Assembly (NCBI GenBank): GCA_963738945.1 | Contig: CAVTYD010000002.1 | Span: 911,027-975,026, forward strand | DNA: 64,000 nt | Direction of reading: 5' to 3' | Origin: an uncultured Acidobacteriota bacterium | GTDB lineage: Bacteria > Acidobacteriota > Thermoanaerobaculia > UBA5066 > Gp7-AA6 | Shown here: positions 11,943 through 22,452 of the stretch, piece by piece | Layout: each line of letters opens with the position of its first letter | Position numbering within the stretch: position 1 is the first letter of the stretch | Position numbers and translations under genes: made by a program | Notes under the pieces: generated by a model | What the model was told of the DNA's origin: nothing | The model's database searches: none | What the model saw: only the letters and a program-made list of their open reading frames with translations

Positions 11943-13441
11943 CGGCGCCGCAGTCCGGGCGACGGGACCGCGGGGGGCTGTTCGTCGAAGCGCTCGCTGC
12001 GGCCGTGATCGTCAGGCTCTGGATCATGCCGCTGTGGTCGAGCCTGTGGCTCGACGAGTTCGGCACCGCCTGGGTCACGTCGGGGCGCTGGGATCAGCTG
12101 GTCGAGCGGGCGCGCCTCTTTCCTCAGTCTCTGCCGTATGCGGCCATCGTCGAGGCTTCGCGTTCGCTTTTCGGGTCGAGCGAGGCGGCGCTGAGGTGGC
12201 CATCCCTTCTCGCGATGCTGGCCGCCGCGGCAGCCGTCGTTGCCCTGGGGCGAGAGCTCTTCGATCGTCGCGCCGGCCGGGCGGCCGGGGCCGTCTTTCT
12301 CCTCTTTCCGGCGGTCGAGTTCGCGGCGGCGGATGCGCGGCCGTATGCGTTTGCGGTTCTCGCGGCCGCGGCGGCGACGTATCTGCTCGTGCGCTGGCTC
12401 GACCGGGGCGGAGTCGGCGCCGGCGTCGGGTACGTGGTCACGGCGGCGGCCATGGTGTACTTCCAGTACCTTTTCGCGGTTTGCCTCGCCGCGCACGCGG
12501 CGTACGCGTGGCGCCGCCGCCGGACCGCAGCGGTGGGCCCGGTGGCGATGTCTTCGGCCGGAGCGGCGATCGGCTTGCTCCTCCTCCCCGCGGCGGTGCT
12601 CGTTCTCGAGATCGGGCGGTCTCGCGAGCTCCATGCGTTCGGGGCGGAGCCGGGAGCGGGAGATCTGCTCCGCGCCCTGGCGCCCGTGCGCGGACTGGCG
12701 CTGCTCCTCCCCGGTCTGGTTCTCGCCGGAGTCACCGGCGCGGTAGGCGGAATCCGGCGGGACGCGATCGGTCCGCGTGAGAAGGACGGTCTGGTGCTCC
12801 TCGCCGTCGGCGCCCTGGCGCCGGGGCTGGCCCTCTTCGGGCTCTCGCGTGCCGTCGGCGGCAGCCTGCTCGAGGGCCGGTACGTGCTCGGCGCGGCTCC
12901 CGCGTGGGCGCTGCTCGCCGGCTGGGCCCTGACGCGCATCGAGCCCCCGCGCGCGCGCCGGTTCGCCCTTTCGGGCGCGCTTCTGCTCGTGCTGGTTCTG
13001 CGCGGGGAGCTCGGGAGATGGGCGATGGCTCACGGCCGTGAAGACTGGCGCGCGGCGGTCGCGGCGATGAATGCCGCCAACGACGGTCATCCCGTCTTTC
13101 TCGGCGGGTCCTTCACGGAGTCCCGCGACCTTTCGGTGGCCGCCGATCCGCGGCAGTCCGCCTATCTGCTCGCGCCGCTTTCCTACTACCGGCCGGCCGG
13201 GCCCGCGGCCGTCCTGCCTCTCCGGGTCGCCAGCGCCGCGGAACGGTGGGTCGCAGGGAGGCTGACGGAGGTCCCTGCGCCGGATGGATTTGCCGTCATC
13301 GAGCGAAGCTCTCGGTTTCCGTCGTGGATTCCGTGGCTCGACGAACGGGTGCGGGCCGGCGGCTTCACGTCGCGAGAGGTCTTCCGCGGCGGTTCGCTCG
13401 AGGTCCGCGTCTTCTCGCGATCCTCCGCCAAGGGACCGTAG
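11939..13441 (+). CDS. GT-C fold glycosyltransferase, ArnT/PMT (GT39/GT83)-like
   Basis: GTG at 11939 (GTGA overlap) within ORF 11162..13441. Polytopic N-terminal half with a first-loop LWLDEFGT (DE motif) and a soluble C-terminal domain. Confidence 0.6.
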   Translation: MTAPQSGRRDRGGLFVEALAAAVIVRLWIMPLWSSLWLDEFGTAWVTSGRWDQLVERARLFPQSLPYAAIVEASRSLFGSSEAALRWPSLLAMLAAAAAVVALGRELFDRRAGRAAGAVFLLFPAVEFAAADARPYAFAVLAAAAATYLLVRWLDRGGVGAGVGYVVTAAAMVYFQYLFAVCLAAHAAYAWRRRRTAAVGPVAMSSAGAAIGLLLLPAAVLVLEIGRSRELHAFGAEPGAGDLLRALAPVRGLALLLPGLVLAGVTGAVGGIRRDAIGPREKDGLVLLAVGALAPGLALFGLSRAVGGSLLEGRYVLGAAPAWALLAGWALTRIEPPRARRFALSGALLLVLVLRGELGRWAMAHGREDWRAAVAAMNAANDGHPVFLGGSFTESRDLSVAADPRQSAYLLAPLSYYRPAGPAAVLPLRVASAAERWVAGRLTEVPAPDGFAVIERSSRFPSWIPWLDERVRAGGFTSREVFRGGSLEVRVFSRSSAKGP

Positions 13442-13447
13442 GGGAGC

Positions 13448-13684
13448 TCAGCGAGCGGCGGTCTGCAGCCGGAGCGCGGCCGCGGCGTAGTAGACGGGGG
13501 CGCAGGAGTCGATGGGCTCGACGACCAGACCCTGCGCATCGATCGTGGAGCCTTCGACGTGAACGCACCGTCGCCGGCGGACGTCGAGCGCGCCGCGCCG
13601 CTGGCAGACCGTGCACAGAACGATGCTGCGCGACTCGGAGACCAGAGACCCGAGCGGAAGTCTGGTGAAGTCCTCGATCATCAT
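13448..13684 (-). CDS. hypothetical small Cys-containing protein (78 aa)
   Basis: Inner ATG of ORF 13448..13711, preceded by GGAAGGAG about 8 nt upstream. Third-codon positions are strongly G/C as in neighbouring genes. Contains CTVC plus two further Cys. Lies co-directionally downstream of purA. Confidence 0.5.
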   Translation of the reverse strand: MMIEDFTRLPLGSLVSESRSIVLCTVCQRRGALDVRRRRCVHVEGSTIDAQGLVVEPIDSCAPVYYAAAALRLQTAAR

Positions 13685-13797
13685 TTCGCGCGCTCCTTCC
13701 GCGGCGTACACCAGGCCGCGACCGGAGGGGATTCAAGAATCGCGCCAAGGTGGGGCGGGGCGGGTCCGCTGCGCGGCGAGGTTGGAGCGTGCCGCTC

Positions 13798-15108
13798 TCA
13801 GCGAGGCGGCGGAAGCTCGGCCAGCAGCGTCGACTCGGAGCGCCAGATCGTCTCCTCGCGCCGCGGGCCGGTCGAGACGAACACGGCCGGGACCCCGACC
13901 GCCTGCTCCAGTCTTCGCACGTAGGAACGCGCGGCCTCGGGAAGCTGGTCGTAGCGCGTGGCACCCGTCGTGGTGGCTTTCCAACCGGGAAGCGTTTCGA
14001 GCACGGGCTCGAGCCGGGCGACGTCCTCGGCGAGCGGCGGAAGATCCGACATCGGCCGGCCGTCCAGCCGGTAGCCGACGCAGATCGGAATCTCCTCGAG
14101 CTCGTCCAGGCAGTCGAGCTTGGTGAGAGCCATGGCGTCGGCGCCCGAGAGCTCGACGGCCGTACGGGCCACGACGGCGTCGAACCAGCCGGTGCGGCGG
14201 GGGCGGCCGGTCGACGTCCCGTACTCGTTGCCGCGCTTTCGCAGAAACTCGCCGGTCTCGTCGGAGAGCTCGGTCGGAAAGGGACCCTCTCCCACCCGCG
14301 TCGTGTAAGCCTTGAGGACCAGGAGGCTCGCGTCGAGCTGACGCGGCGCGATGGCGAGCCCGGCCGCCACGGAGGCGGACGTGCAGTGGGAGGACGTGAC
14401 GTACGGATACGTTCCGGCGGAGAGGTCCAGCATCGCGCCGTGGGCTCCCTCGGCCAGCAGCGTTCCGCCGGCCTCGAGCCGGCGTCGCAGGAAGCGGCCG
14501 GTGTCGGTCACGTGCGGCTCGAGCCGGTCGGCGGCGGCGCGCAGGGAGGCGACGACCTCCTCCGGTCCGGGCACCGCCGGCTCGCCGAGCACCCGCAGCA
14601 GCGCGCCCGTCTCGGCGTGGATGGCGGCGACGCGGGCCGACAGGATCTCCGGACGAAACAGCTCCGCCACGCGGACGGCGCGGCGCGCGGCGACCGATTC
14701 GTAGGCGGGGCCGATTCCTCGCAGGGTCGTCCCGAGCTTCGCGTCGCCGGCCGCCTTCTCGCGGGCGGCGTCGAGCAGCCGGTGGTAGGGAAGGATGACG
14801 GTGGCCCGGTCCGACAGAAGGAGGTTCTCGCCGATGGGAATGCCCTCGGCCCGGACCGCCTCGATCTCCTCCAGAAGCGCCTGGAGGTCCACGACGAGGC
14901 CCGGCCCGATCACGCCGATGCGCCCGCGGACGATCCCGGCCGGGAGCAGGTGCAGGGCGAAGCGCCGCGACCCGAACTTGACCGTGTGTCCCGCGTTGTG
15001 TCCGCCGTGATAGCGCGCCACGACGTCGAAACGGTCGGCGAGCAGGTCCACGACCTTGCCCTTGCCCTCGTCGCCCCATTGTCCGCCCAGAACGGCCAGA
15101 ACCTTCAC
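13798..15108 (-). CDS. purA: adenylosuccinate synthetase
   Basis: Last 436 codons of the 3019-aa ORF. GTG start at 15108 with GAGGAG 7 nt upstream. Motifs VLGGQWGDEGKGK, GHNAGH, TTLRGIGPAY and TKLDCLD. Confidence 0.95.
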   Translation of the reverse strand: MKVLAVLGGQWGDEGKGKVVDLLADRFDVVARYHGGHNAGHTVKFGSRRFALHLLPAGIVRGRIGVIGPGLVVDLQALLEEIEAVRAEGIPIGENLLLSDRATVILPYHRLLDAAREKAAGDAKLGTTLRGIGPAYESVAARRAVRVAELFRPEILSARVAAIHAETGALLRVLGEPAVPGPEEVVASLRAAADRLEPHVTDTGRFLRRRLEAGGTLLAEGAHGAMLDLSAGTYPYVTSSHCTSASVAAGLAIAPRQLDASLLVLKAYTTRVGEGPFPTELSDETGEFLRKRGNEYGTSTGRPRRTGWFDAVVARTAVELSGADAMALTKLDCLDELEEIPICVGYRLDGRPMSDLPPLAEDVARLEPVLETLPGWKATTTGATRYDQLPEAARSYVRRLEQAVGVPAVFVSTGPRREETIWRSESTLLAELPPPR

Positions 15109-15276
15109 GTCGTCGCTCCTCGTGCGTGCAGAAAAACAGCGCAGACTAACACGTGAGTGGGGCTCGCGCGGGATCGAAAGCGGTGGCGGAAGAATCTGTC
15201 CGGGGGAGGTCGCCGGCGCGAGTTCCCCTCCCTCGTCGGTCGGGCCGCACGGCGGCCCGCTCCGAGTCCGAGCGGG

Positions 15277-15282
15277 TAGAAT
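15277..15282 (+). promoter_or_regulatory. putative -10 box TAGAAT for hutH (9 nt before the ATG; near-leaderless)
   Basis: AT-rich hexamer in a GC-rich intergenic region. The same TAGAAT hexamer recurs upstream of prs, rplY, rnpB and the ORF at 31278. Confidence 0.4.
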
Positions 15283-15291
15283 CGCCGGCGC

Positions 15292-16809
15292 ATGCGGACC
15301 TTGCGCGTCTCCGGGTCGAGCCTCGGCCTGGACGATCTCGTCGCGGTGTCCCGTCGCCTGGCGCGCGTCGTTCTTTCGGCCGGGGCGCGGCGGTCCATGG
15401 CGGCTTCGCGCCGCGTCGTGGATCGGGCCATCCGGCGGGGGGCGACGGTGTACGGCGTGACCACCGGCTTCGGGAAGTTCGCCGACGTCGCCATCGCGCC
15501 CTCGGACATCGCCGAACTGCAGCGCAATCTCGTCCGCAGCCACGCCGCGGGAGTCGGTCCGCCGCTCGGAGCGGAGGCCGTGCGGGCGATGATGCTGCTG
15601 CGAGCCAACGCGCTCGCGCGCGGCAACTCCGGCATCCGCGTCGCCGCCGTCGAGACGCTGCTCGCGATGCTCGCCGCCGACGTGCTGCCGGTCGTGCCGT
15701 CGCAGGGCTCGGTCGGAGCCTCCGGCGACCTCGCGCCGCTGTCTCACCTGGCGCTGGCTCTCATCGGCGAGGGGAGGGTGACGCTGAAGGGCCGGGAGAT
15801 GCCGGCGAAGTCCGCGTTGCGCCGCGCGCGAATCCGGCCCGTGGCTCTCGCCGCCAAGGAGGGCCTCGCGCTGATCAACGGGGTGCAGATGTCGGTCGCC
15901 GTCGGCGGTCTGGCGCTCGCGCGGGCGATCGATCTGTCCCGGGTGAGCGACGTGATCGGAGCGGCGTCCGTGGACGCTTCGCGGGGCTCCGATACCGCCT
16001 TCGACCCTCGAATCGTCGCCGCGCGCCCGCACCCGGGTGCGATCGCGAGCGCCCGCAATCTCCGGCGTCTCCTGCGGGGCAGCGCGATCCGGGAATCGCA
16101 TCGCGGCTGCGGGCGGGTCCAGGACAACTACGCGCTGCGCTGCATGCCCCAGGTCCACGGCGCGGCACGGGATGCCTTCGCCCACGCCCGGGGCGTCCTC
16201 GAGACGGAGATGAACAGCGCGACCGACAACCCCCTCGTCTTCGCCGCCGCCGGCGACATCCTGTCGGGGGGAAACTTTCACGGGGCGCCGGTCGGCCTGG
16301 TGCTCGACTATGCGGCCGTCGCGGCCACGGACCTCGCCTCGATTTCCGAACGGCGCATCGAGAAGCTCGTCAATCCGGCGCTCTCCGACCTGCCGGCATT
16401 TCTCGTGGAGGAGGGCGGGCTCCACTCGGGCCTCATGATGGCCCAGGTGACCGCGGCCGCGCTCGTCTCGGAATGCAAGATCCTCGCACACCCGGCGTCG
16501 GTCGACTCCATCCCGACGTCCGCGGCCAAGGAGGACCACGTCTCGATGTCGCCGATCGCGGCTCGCAAGCTGGCGGCGATCGTCGAGAACCTCGAGCGGG
16601 TCCTCGCGATCGAGGCCCTCGCCGCCTTCCAGGCCATGGAATTCCTGCGGCCCCTGTCCTCGTCGGCTCCGCTCGAGAAGCTGCGCCGTGACTTTCGGCG
16701 TGCGGTCCGACCCTGGAACCGGGATCGCGAGATGCACGCCGAGATCGAGTCCGCGCGCCGCTTCCTGAGAAGCGAGCCGATGTCGCAGGCGATCGCGGGC
16801 CTCGCGTAG
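15292..16809 (+). CDS. hutH: histidine ammonia-lyase
   Basis: ORF 15292..16809. GSVGASGDLAPLSH carries the MIO-forming Ala-Ser-Gly. Confidence 0.95.
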   Translation: MRTLRVSGSSLGLDDLVAVSRRLARVVLSAGARRSMAASRRVVDRAIRRGATVYGVTTGFGKFADVAIAPSDIAELQRNLVRSHAAGVGPPLGAEAVRAMMLLRANALARGNSGIRVAAVETLLAMLAADVLPVVPSQGSVGASGDLAPLSHLALALIGEGRVTLKGREMPAKSALRRARIRPVALAAKEGLALINGVQMSVAVGGLALARAIDLSRVSDVIGAASVDASRGSDTAFDPRIVAARPHPGAIASARNLRRLLRGSAIRESHRGCGRVQDNYALRCMPQVHGAARDAFAHARGVLETEMNSATDNPLVFAAAGDILSGGNFHGAPVGLVLDYAAVAATDLASISERRIEKLVNPALSDLPAFLVEEGGLHSGLMMAQVTAAALVSECKILAHPASVDSIPTSAAKEDHVSMSPIAARKLAAIVENLERVLAIEALAAFQAMEFLRPLSSSAPLEKLRRDFRRAVRPWNRDREMHAEIESARRFLRSEPMSQAIAGLA

Positions 16810-16832
16810 CGCGCGGGGCGCAGCGCCCGGAA

Positions 16833-16838
16833 TATAAT
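16833..16838 (+). promoter_or_regulatory. putative -10 box TATAAT for hutU (7 nt before the ATG; leaderless)
   Basis: Perfect TATAAT in the 36-nt hutH-hutU spacer. No Shine-Dalgarno sequence fits between it and the ATG at 16846. Confidence 0.45.
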
Positions 16839-16845
16839 CCGCGCC

Positions 16846-18516
<1,671 letters not shown>

Positions 18517-18540
18517 CGGCGATTCGGTCCGCGGGCTGAC

Positions 18541-21500
18541 GTGCAACGCCGGGCGCTTCTCGCCGCCGACTTCCTGATCGCCCTCGCGGCCCTCCTCTGG
18601 CTGGACGGCTGGTGGAGCATCCCGGGAAGAAACGCTCCGGCCGCCTCCCCGCCGGCCACGCTCTCCCGGGCTCTGGCGGGAATCGCCGACGACCTCGGTC
18701 AGCGGGCACGGGCCTTCGCGGAGAATCCCGAAGTGTCGCGCTCGCTCGAGGGCGGCGGCATCGCGCTGCAGCGGCAGTCGCTCTTCGCCGCTGCCCGCGA
18801 GGCGATGACCGGGGCATCGCCCGGGAGCTGGATCGCGCTGGCGGATCCCGAGGGCAACGTGCTCGCCTGGTGGGGTGAGGCGCCCGCTCGCATGCCGGCG
18901 GCGCCGCGCGCCGGCTCCCTCTCGATTCGCTGGTCCGCGACGCGGATGGAGCTGGCTCATTGGAGGGCCGCGGGCAGCGGCGTCTTCTCGGGGGTCGTGT
19001 GCGCCGCGCGCTGGCTGCCGGTCGAGGCGCCGGGGTTTGCCGAGGCGCTGGGCTTGACGGGAGCCGCAGTCGCATGGGAGCCCGTGTCGCCGGAGGCCGG
19101 CCGCCCGGCGCTTCTCGCCGCGGCCGGCAATCCGGTGGTCGGCGGGAGGCGGGCGGAGCCGCCGGTGGCTGGGGTCGAGCCCGGCCGGAACCTGGCTCTC
19201 GTCGTGATCGTCGCCGCCGCCCTCCCCCTGCTCGCCTCGGGACCGCTCGAAGCCGGCCTCGGCCTGGTGCTCGTCTTCTTCGCGGGGGTCGTCGGGTTTG
19301 CGCCGGCGACTCGAGGCCTTTCGGCGCCGGCGGTCTGGGCACTGGCCCTCGGACCCCTCCTGCTCCCGTTTGCGATCGCTCGTCTCCGGGACCAGGAGTC
19401 CCGGCGACCCGCCTGGCGTGTCCCGATGGGCTTCGTGCTGCTCGGCCTCGCGATCCTGCTCGCCCGCTCGGCGGAGGTCCCCGATCTGGTTCCGGGCCTC
19501 TCGCCGGCGAGCCCGGGATTCTTCGGGCTCGTGGCCCTGACGGCGCTGTTCGGCGCGGCGCTCGCGCTCGGCGCTTCGGGAGGAGGGCCGGCGCGGCGCG
19601 GCACGACCAGCCTGGCCGTGTTCGTGACCGCGGCCGCGCTCGTCCTCGGCCTCGCCCTGGTGACCTCCCGGCCGCAGTTCCCGGCCGAGATCGCCGCGGC
19701 CGCCATCGTTTCCTACGAGCTCTGGAGAAGGTCGGTCGCCGGCGCGGGTCGACGCGGACCGCTCGGGCCCTTCCGATTGACGGCCGCGGCCGCGCTGCTC
19801 GTCGTCCTCGTGGCGGCGCCCTCGCATGCTTTCGATCGGATCCTGCGCGCCGATGCGACCGCGGCCTCGATCCGCCTGCCTGATCCGCAGCGCATTTCGG
19901 CGGGGGCGGTGGTCGCCATCCGCCGCGCGGTCGATCGTGTCGAGCGGTTCGATCTCGCGCGAGACCTGCCGGCGCCCCTCGAGGACGTCGACCTCTCGGA
20001 CCTGGCCTATCGACTGTGGCGCGAAGGAGAAGAGGAGGCCGCGTCGGCGACGCTGATCGCCTACGAGGTCTTCGACGTGACGGGTGCGCTGCGCAGCCGC
20101 TTTTCGCTGATCCCCGAGACGGACTTGACCGGCGGCTCGGAAGAATCCACGGCCCTCATCGATCGGTATCGCGTCGCTCTCGTGCGCCGGCGAGCGGCGC
20201 TGAACGACGGCGCCGCCCGATGGGGCCATGTCGTCGTCGAGGTCGCCGACTGGCCGTCGTGGGATCCGCTTCCGCAGCGGCTCGCGGTGTACCGGCGCCT
20301 GGTGGGCGGCGATTCGTCCGCGGTCCAGACGCCGCGCCCGGTCATCGCGCTGTACGGACCGGACGGAGTCCGCCGCGACGAGGGGCCGCAGCTCTCGCCG
20401 GCTCTCCTGATGCGCGTGCGCCGCACCGGCCTGCCGGCCGTCCTCCGCGTCCGGTATCGGGGCGAGGAGCTCCAAGGCGAGGTGCGGCCGCTCAAGGATG
20501 GGTTCGAGCTCGTCGCGATTCCGGGTCCTGGGTTTCTCGAGCGGCTGCTCGCCGCCACGCAGCTGCTCGTGGCCGCGGCGGCGCTCTACGTCGTCGGCCT
20601 GTTCGTGGTCGTCTGGCGGCGCGTGGCGGAGAGGCGTCCGGTCGCGCAGGCGTTCCCGACCGCGGGCCGGAGCTTCCGGGGGCGTCTCGTGGCGCTCTTC
20701 GTGCTTTCGGTGATGGTGCCGCTGATGGCGGTGACGTTCTTCCTGAGGGCCTCGATCGCCACGCGCTCGCGGCGCGACACGCTCGATCACGGCCGCACCG
20801 CGCTCGACACGGCGCGCCGGGTGCTCGACGATTATCTTCCGACCGCCGAGGCCCAGCTCGGCCGGCTCGGCCTGATCGACGACACGCTGCTGTCCTGGCT
20901 CGCCAATGCGGTGGGCTACGACCTGTCCGTGTACTCCCCGGAGGCGAGGCTGGTCGCGACGTCGCGCCGCGACCTCTATGCGGCCGGCCTGCTCCCTCAG
21001 CGCGTGCCCGGGGCGACGTACACGGCGATCGGTCTCGGGGCGGCGCGCGAGCTGATCGACGCCCGGCTCATCGCGGGGAGCCGCTTCGAGGAGATCACGA
21101 CCGAGCTCTCGTCGCTGCCGGGAGTGCCGGGAGTGCGAAGCCCCGGCCTGCTGTCGCTGCTCCTGCTGCCGCAGCAGCGCATCGCGGAGGCGGAGGCCGC
21201 GCAGCTGACCGCCGCGGTCTCCGCGTTCAGCCTGCTGGTCTTCCTGGTCTCGGCGGCGATCGCGGGCCGGCTCGCCGTGCGGGTTGCCCGACCGGTCGCG
21301 GATCTCGTCGAGGGGACGCGCGCCGTGGCGCGGGGAGACTTCTCCCCGAAGCTGGCGGAGCCGCCGGACGAAGAGCTGAGGGAGCTCGTCCGGGCTTTTC
21401 TCTACATGTCCCGAAGCCTGAAGGAACAGACCGACGCGCTGTCGCGCGAGAAGGAACGCCTCGCCGCGCTTCTCGCCCAGTTGACCGCCGGTGTCGTGGC

Positions 21501-22452
21501 CTACCGCGACGACGGCGCCGTGCTCCTCGCCAATCCCGCGGCCGCCAAGCTCGGAGGCGGGCGCGCCGGCGGCGAGACCCTCGAGGACGTCTTTCCCGGG
21601 GATGCGATGAAGGGGCTGCGAAGCGCGCTCACGAGCGGCCGCGGGGGCGAGTCGGCCGAGCTCGAGCCTCGCGCCGGCGAGCGATGGCGCGTGGTCACGG
21701 TACCGCTGCCCCTGGGCGGTGCCGGTGCGCGGATGGCGGTCATCGAGGACGTGTCGGACCTCGTTCGCTCCAATCGGCTGGCGGCCTGGGCCGAGATGGC
21801 GCGGATCATCGCCCACGAGATCAAGAATCCGTTGACTCCCATCCGCCTCTCGGTCGAACATCTTCGCGAGGTCTGGAGGCGCGGATCGCCCGACTTCGAT
21901 CGCATTCTGGAGGAGTGCGTGCAGAACGTGCTGCGGCAGACGGAGACCCTGCGCCACTCGGCCGCCGAGTTTTCCGACTACGCGAGGCTCCCGAGGCCGG
22001 AGATGCGGCCGCTCGCCGTGGAAGAGCTCTTGCACGAGGCCGCGGCCGCCTACGCGGGCGCTCCGCGGGTGCGCATCGCCGTCGAGGCCCCGCCGGACCT
22101 TCGAGCCCTCGGCGATGCCCGGCTGCTCTCGCGGTTGCTGTCGAATCTCGTCGGAAACTCGGTCGAGGCGCTCGGAGCCGGCGGCAGCGTCCGGCTGTCG
22201 GCCGAGCGCCGCGGACGGCGCGTCGTGATCTCGGTCGAAGACGACGGCCCGGGCGTGTCCGCGGAGATCCTTCCGCGGCTCTTCGACCCCTACTTCTCGG
22301 CCAAGAGCGGCGGAACGGGGCTCGGGCTCGCCATCGCGAAGAAGATCGTGGAAGAGCATGGAGGCTCGATCGGCGCGGAAAATCGGCCGCCGGCGGGCCT
22401 CCGGGTGCGCTTCGACCTTCCGGAGGCCGAGGCTTCGGGGGGGGCGGCGTGA
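18541..22452 (+). CDS. large membrane-bound sensor histidine kinase (NtrY-like HAMP-PAS-HisKA-HATPase core)
   Basis: ORF 18541..22452, 1303 aa. Many TM segments in the first ~700 aa. H-box IAHEIKNPLTPIRLSVEHL, N-box LSNLVGNSVEAL, G-boxes VEDDGPGV and GGTGLGLAIAKKIV. Confidence 0.85.
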   Translation: MQRRALLAADFLIALAALLWLDGWWSIPGRNAPAASPPATLSRALAGIADDLGQRARAFAENPEVSRSLEGGGIALQRQSLFAAAREAMTGASPGSWIALADPEGNVLAWWGEAPARMPAAPRAGSLSIRWSATRMELAHWRAAGSGVFSGVVCAARWLPVEAPGFAEALGLTGAAVAWEPVSPEAGRPALLAAAGNPVVGGRRAEPPVAGVEPGRNLALVVIVAAALPLLASGPLEAGLGLVLVFFAGVVGFAPATRGLSAPAVWALALGPLLLPFAIARLRDQESRRPAWRVPMGFVLLGLAILLARSAEVPDLVPGLSPASPGFFGLVALTALFGAALALGASGGGPARRGTTSLAVFVTAAALVLGLALVTSRPQFPAEIAAAAIVSYELWRRSVAGAGRRGPLGPFRLTAAAALLVVLVAAPSHAFDRILRADATAASIRLPDPQRISAGAVVAIRRAVDRVERFDLARDLPAPLEDVDLSDLAYRLWREGEEEAASATLIAYEVFDVTGALRSRFSLIPETDLTGGSEESTALIDRYRVALVRRRAALNDGAARWGHVVVEVADWPSWDPLPQRLAVYRRLVGGDSSAVQTPRPVIALYGPDGVRRDEGPQLSPALLMRVRRTGLPAVLRVRYRGEELQGEVRPLKDGFELVAIPGPGFLERLLAATQLLVAAAALYVVGLFVVVWRRVAERRPVAQAFPTAGRSFRGRLVALFVLSVMVPLMAVTFFLRASIATRSRRDTLDHGRTALDTARRVLDDYLPTAEAQLGRLGLIDDTLLSWLANAVGYDLSVYSPEARLVATSRRDLYAAGLLPQRVPGATYTAIGLGAARELIDARLIAGSRFEEITTELSSLPGVPGVRSPGLLSLLLLPQQRIAEAEAAQLTAAVSAFSLLVFLVSAAIAGRLAVRVARPVADLVEGTRAVARGDFSPKLAEPPDEELRELVRAFLYMSRSLKEQTDALSREKERLAALLAQLTAGVVAYRDDGAVLLANPAAAKLGGGRAGGETLEDVFPGDAMKGLRSALTSGRGGESAELEPRAGERWRVVTVPLPLGGAGARMAVIEDVSDLVRSNRLAAWAEMARIIAHEIKNPLTPIRLSVEHLREVWRRGSPDFDRILEECVQNVLRQTETLRHSAAEFSDYARLPRPEMRPLAVEELLHEAAAAYAGAPRVRIAVEAPPDLRALGDARLLSRLLSNLVGNSVEALGAGGSVRLSAERRGRRVVISVEDDGPGVSAEILPRLFDPYFSAKSGGTGLGLAIAKKIVEEHGGSIGAENRPPAGLRVRFDLPEAEASGGAA

